NCBI GenBank assembly: GCA_051294905.1
Contig: CM119372.1
Span: 36,148,001 to 36,212,000 of the forward strand
DNA: 64,000 bases
From: Botryllus schlosseri
Taxonomy: Eukaryota
Direction of reading: 5' to 3'
Positions 11,586 to 25,245 of the stretch are shown in pieces. Made by a program: the position numbers and the translations under genes. Under the pieces are notes generated by a model. It did not search any database and was not told the origin of the DNA. It saw only the letters and a list, made by a program, of their open reading frames with translations. Position 1 is the first letter of the stretch. Every line of letters begins with the position of its first letter.

Positions 11586-14459
11586 CTTTCAATAGTGTGG
11601 ACACCAGCAATGTCACGGCTCACTGCGATTGGTTTACGTCACACTTTCCATTTGGCTAAAGGCAATTAGACGGTAATTTTTGATCGGCTTGCCGGGCGCA
11701 AAATTTGTTAAAATTGGTATCAATTAAAAAGCTACTAAAGTACTGATTAAGATAATATAAATTTTATTATTTTATTCTGCCTGTGGTCCTGGTACCCCTC
11801 AAAATCAGTGTTTCCTTTTGCACAATGGTATTACATATGTAATTTCGCAAATTAATTGGTGAGAACTATAACGATCTAAAAAATTAATAAACTTTGGCAC
11901 CCTACTATTTGCGATAAATAGTTGTTTTCCGTGGTAAATGGCATTGATCAATGGATAGATGGATATGATCAGGATTAGTAACTGTGAATGGTATAAGCCA
12001 GGGTTCTCAACCGATGTTTGACTGGGGCCAATTTTCCGGTTTGAAAATACTCTGAAGCCCCACCTCTTATCCTATAGCCATTGGCCTTTGTACCGGGAAA
12101 TGCTTATTTCGTTAAAATATGTACGATTTTATCTCAGTAATCATATTTAAATCTGGAGCTCCAGCGACATGAAATTGCGCCAAACGCGAGAAAGTTTTTA
12201 AGTTGAATTAATCTTCTACAACGAACGACCAATGAAATAATTTCCGTACCCGTCGTGCTCCCGGATTGGGGGTTTGGGTGCGGCAGTTACTGCCCTAGTA
12301 TATATCATATAACTCCTGTGTACATTATGGCTCTGCGCTGTACAACCCTCGTCGCGAAACGAAATGATCTATTCCCGCATCCTCTCAGTGATTAGGGGTT
12401 TAGCTTAACTATGGTGGGTAATAATAAAACCATTCTGTGCCAGCTTCAAACAATTTTTGGTGAATCGGATACTACAGAAGAGTGGGAAAATTATTTTCTA
12501 GTATGCAAGCTGTCCAATGTACGCATATTGATGTTGCGATATCAGAACATTCAATCCAATGATACAATCAATTCATGTGTCACTTACATCAAGTACAGTG
12601 ATTACAACACGGACATATTGAACCAACACCAAACAAATAATGTTCTGTGCTATCCTTAATCCATACGATTCGTTGCCGTATACTTCCAGAGGAAGTTGAA
12701 AGTAATTGATAACAAATTTCTGTTATGGCTATTTCTATGTTGCAATAGTACGACCAGCCGAAGAACCGTACATCTACCTCAAATACACTTCAGTCCAAGT
12801 TTAATACACACCCCTTTTTAACGGCATACGACACATGAGCTTTGTAGCTTAGGTATAATTAGAAAATTTGTAAATATTTTGAGCGAATGAAATAGCAAAC
12901 ATTACTGAAATTTCACTAATTGTAAAATTTTCCAAATAGCTCTGTGGCCTACTTCAAAATACTACTGTTGAGAGTCTCCGGTCTAAGCCCTGAGGAAATG
13001 AAAAATATTACTGTCGTCAGTAAGGACAATGTTATAGAGTAAAGTTGGTCAACCTGTGGCCGCATAGAAGCATAAATATGCGACGGTGTACAAGTAGCCT
13101 AATTCAATTAGCGTGTGCGGGCGGTCGTCAATGTGCAATTTGAATTTACGAATTATAAGCTGCCAAATGAATTAAAACTTTTCATTTTTTATCAAAAAAA
13201 TTCTTTGCGCTTTGCGCGATTCAGGGAGTCATGAATTTTCGATTTAGATATAGTAGGGTTTTAGCATTCTGACCCCCGTACATATGAGAACCGTAGAGGA
13301 AAATAAGAAGACTCATAAAAATATACCAATTTGTAATCCCATTCCTCTCACAGAAGTTTTTTCTTGTACTTTCGCCCATTCCGATATATTTTGAGTATAG
13401 GCTACAGACAATCCTAATGGGAGGTCGAGGAATAACAATACGTAACAAAGGAACCAATGCTTGGCCTACCCAAAGATTCGTCATCAATTCATCAATAATT
13501 ATGAGCCCTAAATTGTCGAAAACACCCCTTTCATCAGCTCTACCGGTAAATCTGATGACACGGGCGGAGAAAGGATAAATATTTGATAGTAACATGTGCA
13601 TTGTGCAACCACCAATATTATTAATGAAATTCATTCATGAGAAAGTTAGTCTTTTCGCCCCATGCGCGACTTGTCAGCGATTCTCAATATCTCTTAATAG
13701 CATTAATAATTGCGATGTCGGTGGGTACGGAAAGCCTGCCTGGGCGTTCTAATTCTACAATTAAAAACGTTCGTTCGCGACATATTACACACGGAAAGAT
13801 TAATAACTCAGAACACAGCAATGGCTGTCCCTCCTATATCCAATTTAACATGGCTATTTCCTGTCTATAGTTGGTCCATTACGAATATTCATAGGAATGC
13901 GGCCGTACGCCATACATGTAATCGAAATACGGCGATGAATAGCAAAACGGTTGAACACCGCTGTCATAGAGTATATGTATGTAGCCCACAATTAGTCAAG
14001 ATATGATTTTATTTTGATAGTTTTGTGATGATCGAATGTGCATATAGAACGTTTAAAATGAATAATTCGCATCGCAAGAGCCTATACCGTAGAGGTGTTC
14101 ATACTGGAACCTCCCAGTCCGCGACGTTGAAATAATCAACTTTTATAACGAAATGCAGTGATTTTGAAAATAAATATTCTAATCGTAAACATCTGTTCCA
14201 ACAGGTCCTCCAAAAAGTGCAAAGAGGAATTATAAAGTTACAGAAATCGGGCACTGAATATTGCTATTACATGGTTCTATTCGTCGGCACACCGCGCATA
14301 TTATAGAAGCCTGGGATTCCGGCAAAATAATTAGTAATCACTTATATTTGAGTCTCATATCTCCTTAACGTTTCGCAACATGACAGTGCGTTATTACAGA
14401 TGCCGTCTGTAATCCAACATTCGTATCTTCATCATCATCCACGTACATTGTTTCGACGA

Positions 14460-15386
14460 TTAGGCTACCTGTCGATCACGGCGACATAAAATGACACATG
14501 GAAATAGCCTCAATATCCAATCGTTTGGGATTAAATTGACGCAAATCAGATTGATGATCATGTTCAAATGAAACCAGGATAATTTTAGGTTCAGATCCAT
14601 ATCACTAAAAAACCAAAACAACATAGCCATAACGGTGTCTGATGCTAAGCACATTGCTGTCAGAATAGTAACTCTTTGTCTCAATCGAACATATCTTCGA
14701 TCAGTAGAGATGTTTGATATGCGATTATAATATGTAGCCTTAATCAAAGGGTAGATGAACAGAATCAATATCGGGATCTGAATTGACCAAGTTGTCGGCA
14801 TGATCACCACCGTCAAAAATCCGGTAAACCGATTGAAGTAGCCGTAAAGCAGGAAACCTACTAGAAAAATCGCGACCGCTGCCATGAACACTGGAAAGTT
14901 TTTACTAAGGAACCTTGTAACCTTATTCGACAAATGAGCTAAGAACGATTTGCAGTAGATAGCTCTCTGCCTCTGCCATATTACACCATATATGATAAAC
15001 AGCGCAATCATGCAAATAGTCACAAGAATAGAAACTGTTGGAAGCAGGAATTTAGTGTCGTGCGACAAGGTATTCTGTTCTCTCGGGATAGATGATCCGA
15101 CATCAGACCCATTATATGTTGTTGAGTTCGGTGCTGCGAAAGACTTTTCCGCCATGATGACTTGTTGATAAGTTGTCTGCCACTTTTTAAGATATATCGC
15201 CAAGACGATTCCTGCAACCGTCGAAATAGCAATCAACGTGCTGCTGACCGCGAGGAGGATGCTCTGGATTTGATTTCTTGAAATATTACAGCTGCAGCAC
15301 ACATGATCATGAAAGCAATAATTCCATTGAACCAAACATATGTAGATGGAGATTCCGCACAGTATAATATCGAGTCCAATAAACAT
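14460..15386 (-). CDS. Orphan 7TM (GPCR-like) membrane protein, paralogue 2, 308 aa
   Basis: Same motif set (WQRQRAIY, FLAHLSN, IQIPILILFIYPL, CLASD, NLIPNDWILRLFP). Long ECL1 with N-glycosylation sequons (NST, NGS). Confidence 0.88.
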   Translation of the reverse strand: MFIGLDIILCGISIYICLVQWNYCFHDHVCCSCNISRNQIQSILLAVSSTLIAISTVAGIVLAIYLKKWQTTYQQVIMAEKSFAAPNSTTYNGSDVGSSIPREQNTLSHDTKFLLPTVSILVTICMIALFIIYGVIWQRQRAIYCKSFLAHLSNKVTRFLSKNFPVFMAAVAIFLVGFLLYGYFNRFTGFLTVVIMPTTWSIQIPILILFIYPLIKATYYNRISNISTDRRYVRLRQRVTILTAMCLASDTVMAMLFWFFSDMDLNLKLSWFHLNMIINLICVNLIPNDWILRLFPCVILCRRDRQVA

Positions 15387-16229
15387 ATTGGCTCTAAAAT
15401 TATTTAATTTCAGTGGTCGAATACCGTACTGAAATTGATAATTACATTCAAGATATTATAGTTATTCCTAATGTCTATATGTTGAAGTATATATTTGATC
15501 ACTCACGATGCAACAAGTAACAACCGCTGTAATAGACACATTATTAAGCGTCCGACCGCCGGGGCGGATGGATGCCAAACAGGCGGTTATAACACGAGAT
15601 TTCCCTACAACAACCGCCATGCGGGGAAGTAAAGAGCACGGCTGCTACATAAACGGCCAATGAATACGTAAATCTGGAATTTCAAACTGAATTGTGTTCG
15701 TAGGCCAGATTCAAATATCTTTTTGCTTGATGTCCGAACAAGTCATATCCTCACCAAATGCTACCTCCGAATCTGTACTCTATTTTTCAGTAGGAAGAGG
15801 TGAGTTGAACTTGAACTGCACTCGGGACTGAACGGGGAACACTATGGCTCGTACCCTTTCACCCTGACTTGGACTCGGACTTGAGTCGGTGATCAATCGA
15901 AAAGGCGATTTTCTGGTGACTCGAAACCTAGTGACTTGATTTCCCACCCTGGATTTTGAATTAACGATTTGGCATAATTTTACTAGTCCGGTTCATGTGC
16001 AAGCGATCACGAGAATTGAATGCGACCAGCGACCCAAATCGATATTCGCACTACTAGCTTAAAATATGCGAAACCTCGGCCATATCTACTTCTTCAAACT
16101 ACTTACTTGAGTAGCCTACTTTTCAAACCATTGATTTTTTGCTGCTACTTATAATCTAATGTTTACTTTTACTTTTTAAAGATAATTGTGGCAACAACGC
16201 ATAGTTGGGTGCTAACTAAATATTTCATC

Positions 16230-17905
16230 TTTGTAAAATAACTTGAACGATTCCAGTTAGCTAGCAGTCACTAAAATTCGAGAACACAGCAACGCATTCG
16301 AGGAACCACAGCTGGTGCTGTCAACTTTGCCTGACGCAATTATTGTATATCAAGTAGGGTGGAGCATGGACCGGAGCCGGATTGGATATCCGACCGGATT
16401 TTCTCATTTTTCGCCGGAGTCAGTTCGGAGCCGGATCAATGCTTTTTCTAATACGGCCGGAGTTGGATCGGAGCCAGTTCAGTACTTCCTACTAAAAATA
16501 TGACAGCATTACTCTGTTCCACCCTCGAATCAATAGTTAAAGTGAAACGTTCACAGCAGTAAACCACATGCTAAGTCCAAGTTGACATAATTAGGCTACT
16601 TCAGATAAGGGTTGGGTGTGATATTTGAGTTTTTAATTTCCTGTTTGCAATTTTGCAATCAATATTCGATGACATCCGGAGAGTAGATAATTATTATCGG
16701 ATTTTTTTCGGACCGGAACACAGTCATTTCTAGAATCCAACCTAGGGGTCTGACCAAAGTCGACCAAAGGTTTTAAAAACAGGATCTTAGTAGGACTAGA
16801 TAATTTATCGACCCGCTCCGCCCTAATATCAAGGTCTCGCTGCAACAGTAGTCAGCTACGGCTATTCTGGCCTAGGTCAGCTACAGGATTCCTACTGAAG
16901 AGCTTGCGATTTATATATAAGCTCCTCCTCGACATGTGCTCAGCGTATATGATGGTGTCTGAAAAAAGTCCAGAAGAATTTGGGACGTGATAAAAGCCGG
17001 CAACTCAGACATCACAATGACGGATGCCTGTGTAAAATGGCAATCGAAATCGTAGAAACACTATGAAAACCAAAATACAGCAATATTAAGTCATATGTAG
17101 ATATAACACGTGACGTGCTCCGATACAAACAGATCATCACCATTTTATTACTATTTTTATAAAATCAATCCACCACAAGATTGCGATAAAAAGAAGAAAT
17201 AGGGTGCCGAAACGACTTCCCGAAGAGACTTTTTAATCAGAAACTCACCTTGGCCTACAGCATTTAAATAAGAGGCGTACACATTGGATTTAGGAAAGAA
17301 TAACATAAATGGAAGCGACAAAACTGAATGCTGCATGTGTCAGTGTGCGCGGTCGATATGTGATATTGTGGTCCCGTTATGTTGAAGGCTGACTAGTAAT
17401 GTACGTGAAGCAAATGCGGATGCTATTAGTTATTTCACTTATTCACTTAATTAACTGGACCTTTCTATCAATTTTGGGATGCTTCAACGCTAGTAAACAA
17501 CGGCATTACCTCACTCCTGACATGATTATTAGTATTTATCGCTGATGTTGCAACTATTGTGAAGTATATCGCCTTGCATACGAAGAAGCATTGATTTCGT
17601 GATAGAAGCGCTGCGTTCCATAACAGAGAAATCGATCCATTATCCCGAATATGAGCAGAGCACAATATTGGTGTCACGGACATCGGAAATATGACTCGAC
17701 CATAATAAGAGAGGAAATGAGCATGCTGATAAATAATGCATAGCCACCAAGCAGATCGCTATCTGGTTGAAACCATTATAGTATGACTGTCGGAGTCGTT
17801 TCGACATTGCAAGAAACTGGGATGCAATCGATTAGAAATATTGCCTCAACCGACGACACTATGTAACACAGGTATGGCTGTAAACAATGATTCGAGTCCA
17901 ATATT
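16230..17905 (-). pseudogene. Probable highly decayed 7TM paralogue, interrupted by a MITE at 16355-16825
   Basis: Minus strand from 17902 reads IGLESLFTAIPVLHSVVG* versus paralogue 1 IGCESVLFAVSVYLCCAQW, with the TGA exactly at the conserved Trp. Further on, ALFISMLISSLIMVE (TM2-like) and TIIY..RSLYINR at about 16960-16906 (cf. IYPL.KA.YxNR). Multiple stops and frameshifts; boundaries approximate. Confidence 0.45.
16355..16825. mobile_element. hAT-type MITE with CCGG repeats
   Basis: TIR tagggtggagc / gctccgcccta; perfect 8-bp TSD atatcaag. Confidence 0.85.
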
Positions 17906-18118
17906 GAGAGACAGTAGCCTTCTTCCTCCTACTACCGAAATGATACGTCCCTTTCTAGTAATAGTTATATGATCATGATCAACAATATTATACTGTCGAT
18001 GTTTATTTCACAACTTAGGAGCCCTTGAACCGTTATTGCTGGTATCACAGATTCCAAAACACGAGAAGATAAGCACTTCAAAAATATTTGTATCAGACAC
18101 ATACCGTAACCGTGAAAG

Positions 18119-18617
18119 TAGGGATGGTGTGAACCTCTGAAAGATACAGGTTCGTGTGAACGTGAGCCTTTTTGAAAGGTTCTGTATGAACGCGAACGAC
18201 GAACGTGAACCTCGTGGCGTTACGTGGCGTCATATTACTAATTCTAACCCTACATTTCAGTGAAGTGATAGCCTATATTAATGTGCACGATACCTGGCGA
18301 CAACTCGGGCCACATAAAGCCACAATGCTTGAGCAGCCAGCCTACATATTGACGTTTTAAGCGTCGCCAAATGTATCAACTGGGCAATCAAATGATATAG
18401 TAGTCCCATGAAATCAATCTCTTCCGCCGCTTTGCCAGCAATGTGGACGACGACTGGCAAGGGAATATATGCTTACACCTTAACGGTCTAGGCCAGACCG
18501 GACAATGTATTCGACGTCTGAGTATGCTACGTTTAGAATGTAAAACGGATTTCTATACTTGCTACCGATATTACCCCATTACCAACTTATACAATAGTAG
18601 CCAACACCCCAATCGCA
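18119..18617. mobile_element. Truncated copy of the GTGAAC-repeat hAT MITE
   Basis: Collinear with 27285-28310 but lacks the 27469-27996 insert (empty site). Confidence 0.8.
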
Positions 18618-18939
18618 CTCTTGACCACGTAAGAGACGATTCGTCGCTGAGAGAGACACGCGTGAGTGATATACAGTGCTTCCCAACCTTTGTCAGCTCG
18701 CGACCCCCTATACATCCAAATTTTACTGTGCGACCCACCATGACACATGAGAAAGAGAGAGTCTTCATTGTCATCCAACCAGAATACAATAACAAAAACG
18801 TCAATGATGGTGATACAGAAGATAAGCATGCACAGTATTCGGTATCAGATAGGAGTGATCGATACGATCGTGAAGGTCAACTAGTCTTATCGCACCCGCA
18901 TCAAACAGGTACACGTGACTCTACAGTCTGGCTGTAAAA

Positions 18940-19345
18940 AATGTTAGTTTAAAAAAAGGAAAATGATGAGGAAAAACGATGGTAGCAAATTATCAATGAA
19001 GCAATATCGGGGAAAGGTCGGGCAACAGTGTTAATACAACGATAAGAGGTGATGAAGTAAGTCTTTTTTGAATCTATTATAAGGCAATTCACGGATATCT
19101 TGTGGTAGTTCATTCCAGATGACAGATCCTGAGTAGTCGATAGATCTCTTGGTTAGATTGCTATTGGGTTGGGGCAAGTTAATATTGCCCTTTGATGAGG
19201 ATCTCGTGTAATGGGAATGGACATTTTTAGCAGGTATGAAAAAGTCATCAAACACATGAGGCAAACTATTGGAAAAATATTTGAATTTAACTTTTGATAC
19301 TTCGAAGCGATATAGTTTTTCAACTCGCAAAATTCGTGGCTTACG
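18940..19345 (-). mobile_element. 3' fragment of a CR1/L2-group LINE
   Basis: ORF 19031-19390 has the LINE ORF2 C-terminal pattern NVHSHYTRSS..., SIDYSGSVIWNELP..., resembling the tail of the element at 62.7-62.9 kb. Confidence 0.75.
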
Positions 19346-19489
19346 GTAGTAAGGCGATGATTTGGCACGTAAAGGTACAGATGAGAACAACCGTATCGCT
19401 CGATTTTGCAGGGTTTAAATCCTGTGCAAAAACGATTTGTATGCATGCATGACAACTAATGAAAACGTAAATCAACTGACGGGGCGTCG

Positions 19490-19722
19490 TGTTCGTTGTT
19501 TTGAGGTATTTTCCGAATGTGATGGTCATTTGCATCAGGCTTATATTCTTTAATGTGATTCCGTAGCTGCCGACGGCAGGCTTCTAGACTTATTTAAGAC
19601 ACCGTTTACGCGGATCAGATGACGAGGAAGAGCCTAAATCTCCAACACTTGAGTCGAGCTCGTTCCTACTCGAACCAGTAACCCATTCGTGTTGCAGCTG
19701 TGGAACACCACGCTTTCTCGCC
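19490..19722 (-). mobile_element. SINE copy (same family)
   Basis: Shares agacaccg..., gaggaagagccta, ctccaacac, ctcgaacc and aacccatt..gtgttg.agctgtgga with 37695-37946. Confidence 0.78.
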
Positions 19723-20261
19723 TCACATAATGCAGGCAAGAATTAATACGCGTTACATATGATTACAAACTAGAAAGCGCGTCTATTTTACGTTGAACAT
19801 AATGAGGTTCTAATATAGCTTGCGTGAAGCCAATTGTATGCTCATTGTAACGCCAAATCAGACTGTATTGCTGCATTTTTTAACAACGGTCACAAAGCCT
19901 TTGTATGAAGAAACTAATTCCAATTCTTAGGCATACATAATAACACACAATCTAACTTCACGCTTGAATGTCCCAAAAATTATTGTGAGCACGGAAATGT
20001 GCCCAGCGGCAATTATAGGCTTGAAAGCAATTCGATTTAGACTCTATAGGACGAGAACGTGTATTTGCTCGTCTGATCGCGAGAAGATAAGTTGCTTGGC
20101 ATATTGAAATAGAACTGTAACGATTAGAAAATCTTTGCGATCAACCTGTTGGGAAGCACTGATGTAGATAAAGCAATTTATCTCCGGTTGGAAAGTCAAT
20201 CGCAACACTGGTGGTTGTCGTTCATGTCGCGAGAAAGCTAAGCAGCAGGAGTAGAATAGAT

Positions 20262-21427
20262 CAGTGGTTCCTAACCTGTTTTTCTCCAGCGCCCCCTTTC
20301 AAAATTTTCCTGGGCTAGTCGCCCCACTATTTTACGGACTGTATAAGTAAAAAAAATAATGGGTAAGTGGTCAAAGTCCGGTTTCGGGTTGGGATTTCAT
20401 ATATTAGACCACTCGACTAATAATGGTAAATTTGTATGTGCTATTTTCGATATCTAGCCTAATCCAGGTTGTTATAACAACCGTCGGTTAAGGCCAACGG
20501 GCTCACAACATTTGGTTCGATATCGATGCACAGATCTCGAATTCTCTGCAATTGGCAATATGGGAACGTTATTTGTATTGAGTTTTGTTTTGTTGCTTTG
20601 TGTGACTACTAAATCAACTGAGAATGAGATAGAGATTTGCTCAAATTAAATTTAGTCCTGCACCAAGCTCTTAACTTTAACATGAATAGGGGTAACAGCA
20701 CTAAGCAGTATTATCCTTGATGACACGACGAAGAAAGATACTGAGGCTTTAATTTTGTAGCTCTCCAATACAAGTATATTTAGTTAATCATTTTGGTCAA
20801 AAAGCTTCAAAACATCTTCAATGTACGAAGGGCATCACTGTCAAAAGTTGTACATTACGCTGCTTTCTCGATATCGACACGCAATGGGCTGTGGGATACA
20901 ACATCTAGTTCAAAACCTGCTGTGGAAAATAATCCGTGTTATCAGCATAAGTATCAGTTTAATAATATTTTCATCATTTCAAAACACCACAAAACTGCGA
21001 TACAATGAAAAGGAAGGAAGGTGTCGAAACGACTTGGAGTGGCTAGCGTGACGGGAGTGTTTTAATGGGGAATTGGCAATCCGAAAGTGGGCCAAATTCA
21101 TTATACTTGAATGTAAATAAACCACAGCATTCATATAAATATTGTCAGTGGATATTTCGCGATGAGCGCAACGAAAAACGTTTTGATTTGACAGGTTTTG
21201 TGGAATGTTAGTTTGCAATGAGAACTCAGGGATATATAAAACTATTGCTCTACTATATAGTCATTATTATGTCCTTACTACAGCTTCTACTGCTAGGCCC
21301 TTTTCTTCAGCGCCCCCCATACCACCTCCTGAGCCCAGCGCGCCCCATTTCGCCCCTGGGTGTTTCCGCCCTCTTCAAAATCCAGATCCCACTCTGGGGG
21401 CGTTGGAGACAAGGCTAAGATCCACTG
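20262..21427. mobile_element. hAT-like non-autonomous element with CGCCCC subterminal motifs
   Basis: Imperfect TIR cagtggttcctaacctg..tctccagcgcccc / ggggcgttggaga..aggctaagatccactg. Confidence 0.65.
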
Positions 21428-23079
21428 AAATAAACGATATGGTTGCGCACGTGTTGCCCGACGAAATAAGACACACCGCTGTACAGTGAATCGCGTATAT
21501 CATGGCTCAGGGCCCACCGTGTGGATATATATTATTGTTCATATTTGACTTTACAGCCTTATACGATTGAACAACCTGTTACACTTGATTAACGGATGAA
21601 GTGACACATTTGTGATGATCTATACGGCCACTGCATGAGAGATATACAGAAGTCTACGCAAACAAGCACAGTGGACGTCTTGTGATTGAATCCATTTTTT
21701 CAAGTCAAAATCAGTTTTTGTTTCAACCTCATCCATGCGAAGTCATTTCACAAATGATGGCTTGACTCTGACTTGATTTTCAAGCTACATGGTTCTCTAA
21801 ACCCCATTGCAAAATGCATATTGTTTGCCTTGAAATGGTGACTGAGTTCTTTCTTAGTAGAATTATACAGCGTCACTTCGTGTTTCGTGTTGATTAATAA
21901 CGCTTGTCTGTCACACCTGTTGGTAATATTACCCCAAACGTAGGGCTGACAGAGCAATTTGAGTACTCGAATCGAACATCAATTATTCGGGTGAATGGCA
22001 AAGAAATGTTCGTTCGAATATAAGGCCCATGCTCCCATATCGTTTTGTTATACTTTATTAATGATTGATATTTTTGCTGTATCAGCGGTTTCCAACCAGG
22101 GGGAATTCGCCCTAAGGAATAATTTTGAAATATTTTGGTGGAATCTGTCTAAAGGTTTGTACTTTGTATAGGAATCACATACGGTTCACAGTGTCTTCAG
22201 ATTTTTATGGCAGAACTGTTAAGTATGGAACTAGTTCTTTACAATTGTATGTTTCTTTTACCGGATTTTTATAGATGAGTTCGAATGCTTTCCGAAGACA
22301 ATTTGTTGGTTACGCGGCAGCCTCAAGTTAGACCAAATTGCGACCTAGCAGGGAATAGTCATGCGGAATGCAGCACTAGGCAGCTCGTGAAAATAATTAC
22401 CCCAGCCAACATCTGAGCTGACGTGAAAAACACACGAAATTCAAGTTTCTGATGGTGGTGCTCAGTAAATGCCACCACTTTCGCCCAAGCCTAAATTTCA
22501 CTGCCTCGCTACCAGTGATGACTTTTTGTACTCAGCATATTCTCAAATACTATCCAGAACGGGAGTAGAATGATTTCAAGAAAAGTATCATAACAGTCCA
22601 TCGATATCTGTGATAACGAGGTGACGCGCCACATTTTTACAATGCGATAAAAGTGGCTGCAACCAGAACAAAAGGTATTTGACGCTTCCGGTTTTAATTT
22701 GAAACCACATCATATTTAGAGCACCGTGCACCTTCAAGTTTTTTTCTATGACGACGGCAGCTCTCTTTACATCAGTTACTCGCGGCAGCGTTGATAAGTA
22801 TAATTGGCTCCCAAAGGTGGCGGCACCCCGATGGAGAAATAGTGAGTTATTAACAAAATACCAAACCATTTATGAAGTGATATAACTGGCAATGTTTTCT
22901 TTGAGCTCACATAAAACGTACATTGTCTGAATGTTACAAGTAATCAGAACTGCTTCTACGACATCCTCAATCATGGGTGTTACTACATTCTACTCGATGC
23001 AAAATACTCGATCAGGCTCTGATCACTCGCGAATTACATCTTTATCAGCCTTGCGGATAGTGTTGTTGTTACCGTTTGT

Positions 23080-23322
23080 GGTACATTCGTGGTGTTTTTC
23101 AACTGCAAAGTCCGACCGAGGTAGACTTCAGAATTCCTATCTGAGTGTTGGACGTTTACTTAGGCTCCTCCTCGTCACCTCATCCGCGTAAGCGGTATCT
23201 TACACGCCTAGAAGTGGGCCGTGCTATATGTCGGCAGTTACGGAAAAAATGGAGAATATCGGCCTGGTGTAAATGACCACAGTAGACGACAAACACCATG
23301 AATACCACAACGACAAACAAAC
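23080..23322 (+). mobile_element. SINE copy (same family)
   Basis: taggctcctcctcgtcacctcatccgcgtaagcggt ... ggcctggtgtaaatgacc ... aaacaccatgaataccacaac. Confidence 0.78.
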
Positions 23323-23382
23323 TGCAAAGGTCCTTTTCACCATGACAGGAGTGGACACGATTGCTTCGTAGAACGAGCGCCA

Positions 23383-23524
23383 TCGCATCATCCTTGTTAA
23401 ACATCGTTTGATTCTGAATTACACATCACGATATTTTCGCTACCGCAGCTAAGCCATTGGATGAATAGTAAGCGGAATCATGTCCTAAACATATACAACC
23501 ATAGGCCTTGAATGCGACTACGCA
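23383..23524 (+). pseudogene. 5' fragment of a paralogue-3-like receptor gene (leader plus about 23 codons), dead
   Basis: Aligns with about 25166-25311 (e.g. cacgatattttcgc, aagcggaat, gtcctaaacat, atgcgact). The ATG is replaced by TTG at 23457 and followed by TAG TAA. Confidence 0.75.
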
Positions 23525-25245
23525 TTAAAATATTCGTAAGCGGATGATGCATGCTAATCGAGCGGTTGAATTTTGATGGAGGTAACCAGCGAATTCCGCT
23601 TAATATATTTACGCAAGCCTTTTAATGAGGGATAAACCCATGCTAAGTTCGAATGCATTAGCAGTTTGTACCTTTTCCATGAACTTTGCGTTGGTCATCG
23701 CGCTATGATTCCACTTCCTACTGCATATGTTTCTTGTAGTAGACCAGCATTGGATACGGATTGCTTGCTTCCATATAAGTGATATGTTATTAGATAATGC
23801 CAGGGTTTTGCTGCTTTCAATAAACAAATATTGTCGATTGATTTATTCCAGTAATTTGTAATCATATGATATGATATGATGTGATGTATGATTTCCGATG
23901 CCACAGTGATAGTCTGTAGTTAGGACGCACATCTTTGCAGTTGTCTGAATGGATTAACCAGCATCAGCATCAGCCACTATCGATCGTTCATTCGCCCGCG
24001 TAGACCAGGGTCAAAACCAAGTCACAAGTCAATCATTCTTTTATAGTTTTCACTCGAGTCCAGTCCAGTGATTTTCAACCCACCACCAAGTCAATTTCCG
24101 GTCCAAGTCATGGAGCAAAGGGTCGAGTCCGAGTCGTAGTGTGGAGACTCGAGATCGATATGACAGGTCGTGGTCCACTGGATTCATCACAACCCTGGTC
24201 TAGGGAAGTGGCCGAGTCTGATTTCAATAACTATAATCACAGAATTCGATTCTTCACTGTGATTTTCAATCGAAGAACTGCATTTAACAGTTCTGTATTT
24301 GAGTCAACGATAAATATATTCAGCAATCCAAATTTGCAACGACGGATGGAGTTCCTTTGCAATATTTAAATTTTTTATTAATATATAATCCTGAAATTTT
24401 TGCGATATACAAACTTAAAAACCACTGGTCTAACGTGATCTTTTAAAAATTAAAACGTTACGTCATATACGTTGCTCAATTGGTTTTCGATTGAATCTCT
24501 ATTTATATCAGTGTTTATCGACACGAACCACAAGGGCTCGCAGCGGTTCAGGACACCTACATCACTCATGCAGGAGAAGTCACACTGATTTCAGTAAACA
24601 TTCATTATAATATTTAAAATTTTGTAGTTTTATTGCTTCAACACTGTTGTAGTTGGACAGTTCATTTTGTGGACCGATATATCTATCGCGGGGGCCTCAA
24701 ACAAGCGGCCAAGCGGTAATTGCTGAATAGTAAATCACATTTTCACGATGGTTGTGGAATTTCATTCTGCAAGATCCCGTCAATTGAGGCTTACTTGCCT
24801 ACTTTGAAAGACATGGACAAACCATTTTATTGATGCTCCCGCCCACAACGCCATCAAAAACTGTGAAATTGGCGCGCGGGGCAAACTTCAGTTTGTAATG
24901 TATTAGGTATATCAGAATTATGTTTTATGACTAGGGGGGAATTTGTCCTTCACCAAAGGCTTGCAGATACGGTTTGCCAGTTTAGTAACGGTTGTATCGG
25001 TAGCTTATATGCGTGTTATTGTACCGTTAACTCTCGATAATGAGTGGACTAGAAGTCTTCTAGTTAATAAATTATACTACAATGTAGTCCCGAAACTATT
25101 ATAGTAATATTTTAGTGAAGCTTATATACAAGTTCGTGCTTACAAGAGCCAGATCATTTTAGTGGCTCGCACCATCCTTATTGAACAAAACATCCTTTGA
25201 TTCCGATTTAGATTTCACGATATTTTCGCGAACACAGCTCATCCA

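Larger units (their letters stand above)
18674..20161. mobile_element. hAT-like element hosting the LINE fragment and a SINE
   Basis: TIR cagtgcttcccaac / gttgggaagcactg; TSD not clear. Confidence 0.6.

Noticed and set aside
23180..23404. Similar minus-strand ORFs at 23180-23404 and 544-726 with Cys/His spacing like a gag zinc knuckle
   Set aside because: Both are antisense readings of the SINE family.
23609..23904. Minus-strand peptide KTLALSNNIS resembling the receptor LxHLSN motif
   Set aside because: Only one weak motif and no ordered flanking motifs; not distinguishable from chance by eye.
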